DNA of 64,000 nucleotides from an uncultured Candidatus Saccharibacteria bacterium (GTDB lineage Bacteria; Patescibacteriota; Minisyncoccia; Phycocordibacterales; UBA9988): NCBI GenBank assembly GCA_964401135.1, contig CAYNXC010000002.1, positions 16,457 to 80,456 of the forward strand, read 5' to 3'. Shown piece by piece: positions 57,248 to 64,000 of this stretch (position 1 is its first letter; each line of letters starts with the position of its first letter). The notes under the pieces were generated by a model. It saw only the letters and a program-made list of their open reading frames with translations, ran no database searches and was not told where the DNA came from. The position numbers and the translations under genes were made by a program.

Positions 57248-57275
57248 TTGACACCATTTTTTGTTAGTATATAAT
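57248..57275 (+). promoter_or_regulatory. Strong sigma-70-type promoter upstream of 23S rRNA
   Basis: TTGACA (57248-57253), 16-nt spacer, TATAAT (57270-57275). It lies just after the hairpin GGTGTCAA...TTGACACC. Confidence 0.6.
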
Positions 57276-57485
57276 GGCCTCAATGTCTATAGGGTATCAA
57301 CTAATGTTCAAACGGCGATGAGCTAGAGGGATATGTCTGGTGCTCGAGAGCCGCTTGAACGAAGCGGATTTTTTTACCCCAGCGACAGAAGACTTTCTTT
57401 GAAAACTGAATAGCAGGTAACATCTGTAAAGAGAATTAGAATTGTAAGAGAAAGATGATGTAAAGATTTCCTAATAGGAAATGGC

Positions 57486-60470
<2,985 letters not shown>

Positions 60471-60527
60471 CTATTAGGAAACCTCTACATCATTTATCGT
60501 TCTCTTCACTCTGATCTTCTGTATTTT

Positions 60528-60636
60528 GTTCTGGTGGTTTGGTGGAGGGGTCACACCCGGCTCCATTCCGAACCCGGCAGTTAAGCCCTCTAGCGCCGAT
60601 GATACTCGTAAGGGGAAAGTAGGTGACCGCCAGAAC
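60528..60636 (+). rRNA. rrf: 5S ribosomal RNA
   Basis: GTTCTGGTGG...CCATTCCGAACCCGGCAGTTAAGCC...GCGCCGATGATACT...GTAGGTGACCGCCAGAAC. The terminal helix pairs. Confidence 0.9.
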
Positions 60637-60668
60637 AAAGTTCAGAAGATCTGCTATACTTATATAAT

Positions 60669-61436
60669 ATGGATCCATGGGCACGCAGGCGACAGACCAT
60701 AGTCCTAGGTATAGTTACATTTGTTGCACTCGGTATTGCCGTTGGTGCGTATTTTTTGTACCGCCCAGCTCCCTCGTGTAGTGATGGCATACAGAATCAG
60801 GGTGAGCTTGGCAGAGACTGTGGTGGTCCCTGTGCTCCTGTGTGCCAAGGAGAGGCGCGCCCTTTGGTTGTTGAATGGGTGAGAGTTTTCCCCGTAAGCA
60901 GTGGTCTCTATGATATAGTTGCACGGGTGAGTAATCCAAACGAGGCGATTGGCACACCTACATTCTCATACACATTTGAGCTATTTGATAGTGAAAATCT
61001 TTCTATTACCAGAAAAATGGGTACGACATTCGTCAATCCAAACGAGTCGTTCTATATCTTTGAGAGTCTTATCTCTGCGGGGGCTCGCATCCCCGCGCGG
61101 GCAGTGCTCACCATCGATACTACACACGCATGGTCTCGCTATACCGATACCGTCCCCAAGCTCTCTATTGTAAATAAGCAGTATGTAGATGTTCCTGCGC
61201 CACTTGCATCCGCAACGCTCATCAATAATACGCTCAAGACATTGACCAATATCCGCGCGCTAGTAGTCCTATTTAACGAGGATGGGATTGCCTACGGTGC
61301 CAGTGCTACGATGGTGAAGACTTTAGCAAAAGATGCACAAGAACCTCTCTCGTTCACCTGGCCATCCTCTTTCGGCATCGATCCTGCACGAGTAGATATG
61401 CAGTCTCGTGTTTCTGTCTGGGGTGATCTGCTGTAG
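60669..61436 (+). CDS. Membrane-anchored hypothetical protein with Cys-rich segment
   Basis: TM helix, then CSDGIQNQGELGRDCGGPCAPVC and a beta-rich domain. Immediately upstream of ftsW. Confidence 0.6.
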   Translation: MDPWARRRQTIVLGIVTFVALGIAVGAYFLYRPAPSCSDGIQNQGELGRDCGGPCAPVCQGEARPLVVEWVRVFPVSSGLYDIVARVSNPNEAIGTPTFSYTFELFDSENLSITRKMGTTFVNPNESFYIFESLISAGARIPARAVLTIDTTHAWSRYTDTVPKLSIVNKQYVDVPAPLASATLINNTLKTLTNIRALVVLFNEDGIAYGASATMVKTLAKDAQEPLSFTWPSSFGIDPARVDMQSRVSVWGDLL

Positions 61437-61438
61437 TT

Positions 61439-62575
61439 GTGACGACTCTGACACAATTTTTTGGGCGCGTACGCATTGATTGGGTCCTCTTCTGCGCCGT
61501 GCTCCCGCTCCTTGCCGCTGGGCTGGTAACAATGGAGTCGTTTGAGAGTGGAGCGGATTACTTTTTTGTGCGGCAATTAGTGTGGGTACTCATTTCAGTC
61601 GCAACATTCCTTTTCGTGAGTGCGGTAGACTGGCGTTTTTTGAAGCGCAGCGGCGTGTTGACAGGACTATTTATTGCGATGGCGCTTGTGCTCCTTGCCC
61701 TTTTTGGCCTGGCGCACACGGTGCGTGGCGTGCAGAGTTGGCTCATCTTTGGCGGGGTCTCTTTTCAACCGGCTGATTTTGCGAAGCTTATCTTAATTAT
61801 CCTTCTCGCAAAATATTTTTCTCGTCGACATATTGAGATCGCCAATGTCCGCCATATCCTAGTCTCTGGTGTGTACGCATTTATCTTTTTTATACTCGTC
61901 TTTCTTCAGCCAGATTTTGGCTCTGCGATGATTATTTTTGCCATCTGGTTGGGTATGGTACTGGTGTCGGGGATTAGTAAACGGCACTTACTTATTGTGT
62001 TTCTGATTGGAGTGGCGACATTTCTCTTCGCGTGGACGAGCGTTTTGGAGGATTATCAAAAGGCGCGTATAGAAACTTTCTTAGACCCACTCTCCGATAT
62101 CCGCGGCTCCGGCTACAATGTGTACCAGAGTATGATTGCCGTTGGGTCGGGTCAGCTGGTGGGAAAGGGAGTTGGACTGGGAACACAATCTCGACTCAAG
62201 TTCTTGCCAGAGTACCAGACTGATTTTATTTTTGCAGCCTTTGCCGAGGAGTGGGGCTTTGTAGGGGTAATTATCCTTTTCTTACTCTACGGTATTGCCT
62301 TCTGGAGAATTATTGTGACTGCGCGACAGGGAGCGACTAATTTTGAGTCGTTCTATGGACTGGGTATCGCCATAATGTTTTTGAGTCACTTTGTGATCCA
62401 TGTGGGGATGAACATAGGACTCCTGCCTGTCACGGGCTTGCCGCTCCCCTTTATGAGCTACGGCGGGTCACACCTTCTGATGGAGTTTGTTGCTCTTGGT
62501 ATCCTTATGAGTCAGCGCCGCTACACGCGTGCCTTTCACCGCGACGACATGCAGAATGAGTTTGTGGGGGTATAA
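61439..62575 (+). CDS. ftsW: SEDS-family peptidoglycan glycosyltransferase FtsW/RodA
   Basis: 378 aa, polytopic. QPADFAKL, LQPDFGSA, TDFIFAAFAEEWGF and GLPLPFMSYGGS motifs. Confidence 0.9.
   Translation: MTTLTQFFGRVRIDWVLFCAVLPLLAAGLVTMESFESGADYFFVRQLVWVLISVATFLFVSAVDWRFLKRSGVLTGLFIAMALVLLALFGLAHTVRGVQSWLIFGGVSFQPADFAKLILIILLAKYFSRRHIEIANVRHILVSGVYAFIFFILVFLQPDFGSAMIIFAIWLGMVLVSGISKRHLLIVFLIGVATFLFAWTSVLEDYQKARIETFLDPLSDIRGSGYNVYQSMIAVGSGQLVGKGVGLGTQSRLKFLPEYQTDFIFAAFAEEWGFVGVIILFLLYGIAFWRIIVTARQGATNFESFYGLGIAIMFLSHFVIHVGMNIGLLPVTGLPLPFMSYGGSHLLMEFVALGILMSQRRYTRAFHRDDMQNEFVGV
62525..62575 (+). repeat. Direct repeat copy A (functional 3' end of ftsW)
   Basis: 51 nt matching 63332-63382 at 46 of 51 positions. 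Confidence 0.85.
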
Positions 62576-62593
62576 ATAAAATATGGCTTAACT

Positions 62594-62614
62594 ATGGAGG
62601 TGAGACTTCCATCA
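62594..62614. repeat. REP-like palindromic hairpin, copy 1 (inverted orientation, one G:T)
   Basis: ATGGAGGTgagACTTCCATCA. Overlaps the RAYT stop codon. Confidence 0.8.
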
Positions 62615-63262
62615 ATCAATGGATAACTCGTTATGACTCGAGTCTTCGCGTTCTTGTGCAAGCCAATCGAGAGTCTCTTGATAAAATCGTTCAGGCGTCT
62701 CAAACCATTGAGAAAGAAAGGATGTATCAACAACTTTTATACGACCATTATCATATGCACCGTCCTTCTTAGATAAATAATCTTGGAAACTTGACCAAGG
62801 GTAGGTGATAATGGAAGTCTCACTTCCATCAAAAGGATTACTATGAATGTAATGAGGGAGCCAATTAAAGTGCTCGTCAGAGATCACTGGCTTAGACTTG
62901 AACCTCCCTTGGAAAAGTGCACCGACTCGACTGTATCTCAAGTTAAAATAATTAGTATAACCAGTGCCAAGTTTTCTCATAAACTTAGTAAGCCCATATT
63001 CAACTCGTTGCCGTATCATAAGGTGGTAATGATTTGGCATTAAGCAATAAGCCATCAGCTCAACTAGTTGCCCATCCAATTCATGGCTAAGTGATGGAAG
63101 TCTCACTTCCATCAGACGGTGTGCGTTTGGATCAGTTGCTTCGGTAGAGTTAAAAAGTATTAAGGATGCAATAAAACGAGATCGATCGGCATCATCTAAA
63201 AATATGTCTCTTTTTTCAACCCCTCTATTATAGATATGAAAAATTGTGTCTGTATCATCCAT
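62612..63262 (-). CDS. REP-associated tyrosine transposase (RAYT; IS200-like Y1/HUH transposase)
   Basis: HUH motif in YCLMPNHYHLMI, then ALFQGRFKSKPV and the catalytic Tyr region LPHYIHSNP. The N-terminus IFHIYNRGVEKRDIF is typical of this family. Confidence 0.85.
   Translation of the reverse strand: MDDTDTIFHIYNRGVEKRDIFLDDADRSRFIASLILFNSTEATDPNAHRLMEVRLPSLSHELDGQLVELMAYCLMPNHYHLMIRQRVEYGLTKFMRKLGTGYTNYFNLRYSRVGALFQGRFKSKPVISDEHFNWLPHYIHSNPFDGSETSIITYPWSSFQDYLSKKDGAYDNGRIKVVDTSFLSQWFETPERFYQETLDWLAQEREDSSHNELSID
62811..62831. repeat. REP-like hairpin, copy 2 (inside the RAYT coding sequence)
   Basis: ATGGAAGTctcACTTCCATCA. On the minus strand it is translated as DGSETSI. Confidence 0.8.
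63092..63114. repeat. REP-like hairpin, copy 3 (inside the RAYT coding sequence)
   Basis: TGATGGAAGTctcACTTCCATCA. It is translated in a different frame, as MEVRLPS. Confidence 0.8.
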
Positions 63263-63275
63263 GCGTCTCTATTAT

Positions 63276-63298
63276 TGATGGAAGTCTCACTTCCATCA
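63276..63298. repeat. REP-like hairpin, copy 4 (upstream of the RAYT start)
   Basis: TGATGGAAGTctcACTTCCATCA, 14 nt upstream of the RAYT ATG. Confidence 0.8.
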
Positions 63299-63331
63299 GA
63301 GTGAGGTGAATAGGATAGATGATGCTGCCAC

Positions 63332-63382
63332 ACGCGGGCCTTCCACCGCGACGACATGCAGAATGAGTTTGTAGGGGTGTGA
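63332..63382 (+). repeat. Direct repeat copy B (orphan duplicate of the ftsW 3' end)
   Basis: Would encode the same TRAFHRDDMQNEFVGV-stop peptide as copy A. An in-frame TGA lies four codons upstream (63320-63322). Confidence 0.85.
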
Positions 63383-63388
63383 TCAGGA

Positions 63389-63982
63389 TTACTTGCAGGG
63401 CATACCCCAGGTGACTGTTCTATCCTTAGCATTTGTGGATGAGTTATCTTCTGGATTATAATCATACTTCTTACCATCACAGAGAATCACCCCATCAGAC
63501 CCTTCAGACGGGTTTATCATCTTTTCTAGTTTAAATACAATCATATAACATGCGCCGTTTGGACAATAGTTACCCGATGAGTATTGTGAATAATATGCGT
63601 AGATAAAATTATTACCCGTATCATTAGTAGGAGGATTCTTACTAGAGACAGCTGTATTTATTGGATCAGTAGGAAGTTTCGGAAGATATTTTGACAAATT
63701 ACTCTGCAATGAGTCCCATTCTGCAGGCACATTGCTTTTCAGCCAGCCGCTGCTGATGGTAACATGTGGATAATGCCCATTATCAGCACGATATAATTCT
63801 AACGCATTCATTATCTGTCTCACCTCCTGAAGTCTTTTTGTATCCCTCGCCTTCTTTCTCGCATCATCCACACTCACCAATACAATAGACGAAAGTACCC
63901 CAATGATGCCAATCACGACCAAGAGTTCTATGAGGGTAAAACCCGTCTTACGGGACGGGCCCCATACATTTACATGCGCCAT
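63389..63982 (-). CDS. Type IV pilin (major pilin candidate)
   Basis: SRKTGFTLIELLVVIGIIGVLSSIVLVSV prepilin motif, then the KKARD.KR....Q...ALELY helix. C-terminal Cys pair. Confidence 0.85.
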   Translation of the reverse strand: MAHVNVWGPSRKTGFTLIELLVVIGIIGVLSSIVLVSVDDARKKARDTKRLQEVRQIMNALELYRADNGHYPHVTISSGWLKSNVPAEWDSLQSNLSKYLPKLPTDPINTAVSSKNPPTNDTGNNFIYAYYSQYSSGNYCPNGACYMIVFKLEKMINPSEGSDGVILCDGKKYDYNPEDNSSTNAKDRTVTWGMPCK

Positions 63983-64000
63983 ATGATGATGATAGAGAGA

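Noticed and set aside
62594-63298. Repeated 21-23-nt palindromes, which could be mistaken for a tiny CRISPR array.
   Set aside because: Spacing is irregular (about 200-280 bp) and the orientation is mixed. Two copies are inside a transposase ORF and no cas genes are present. This is the REP/RAYT pattern, not CRISPR.

Overview
This 64-kb window looks like a small-genome, CPR/Patescibacteria-like (Parcubacteria-type) bacterium using the standard genetic code. The taxon call is inference from gene content: many type IV pilin-like genes, gatCA, an unlinked 23S-5S rRNA locus, a truncated RF2 and many secreted repeat proteins. The core backbone comprises pilD plus pseudopilins, ligA, gatC and gatA, a five-tRNA cluster, prfB-ftsE-ftsX-pyrG and nth. 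It continues with two large surface proteins, a UvrD-type helicase fused to a nuclease, an MFS transporter, RNase J, a solute-binding protein, secG and groES-groEL. The rest of the backbone is lemA-DUF2207-htpX, efp, an ECF-type sigma factor, recA, ftsK, rplJ-rplL, 23S+5S rRNA and ftsW. Three accessory or unusual parts stand out. (1) An AT-richer island of about 10.6 kb (32.6-43.25 kb) begins right after tRNA-Ser(GGA). It carries a DUF4238 protein, a large serine recombinase with an XRE regulator, a DUF2341/LamG/FN3/PG-binding surface-protein gene and two DUF5681-like paralogs. (2) Inside that surface-protein gene sits a 2,973-bp IS1595-family transposon. It has 23-bp inverted repeats and an 8-bp target duplication (TTATTTAA). 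Its cargo is a Dam-class methyltransferase, a small PD-(D/E)XK nuclease candidate and an unknown 177-aa gene. Removing the element in silico restores one continuous ORF of about 1,175 codons. (3) A RAYT-type (IS200-like Y1) transposase lies at the 3' end of ftsW and is bracketed by inverted REP-like hairpins. Two further hairpin copies lie in-frame inside the transposase gene itself. The whole cassette is flanked by a 51-nt duplication of the ftsW 3' end whose five differences are all silent. Lesser oddities: RF2 has no frameshift site and a shortened domain 1; EF-P lacks the PGKG loop; endonuclease III lacks the Fe-S cysteines; and a G10 tract lies upstream of the island surface-protein gene. 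I saw no CRISPR array, no reverse transcriptase and no rRNA intron.
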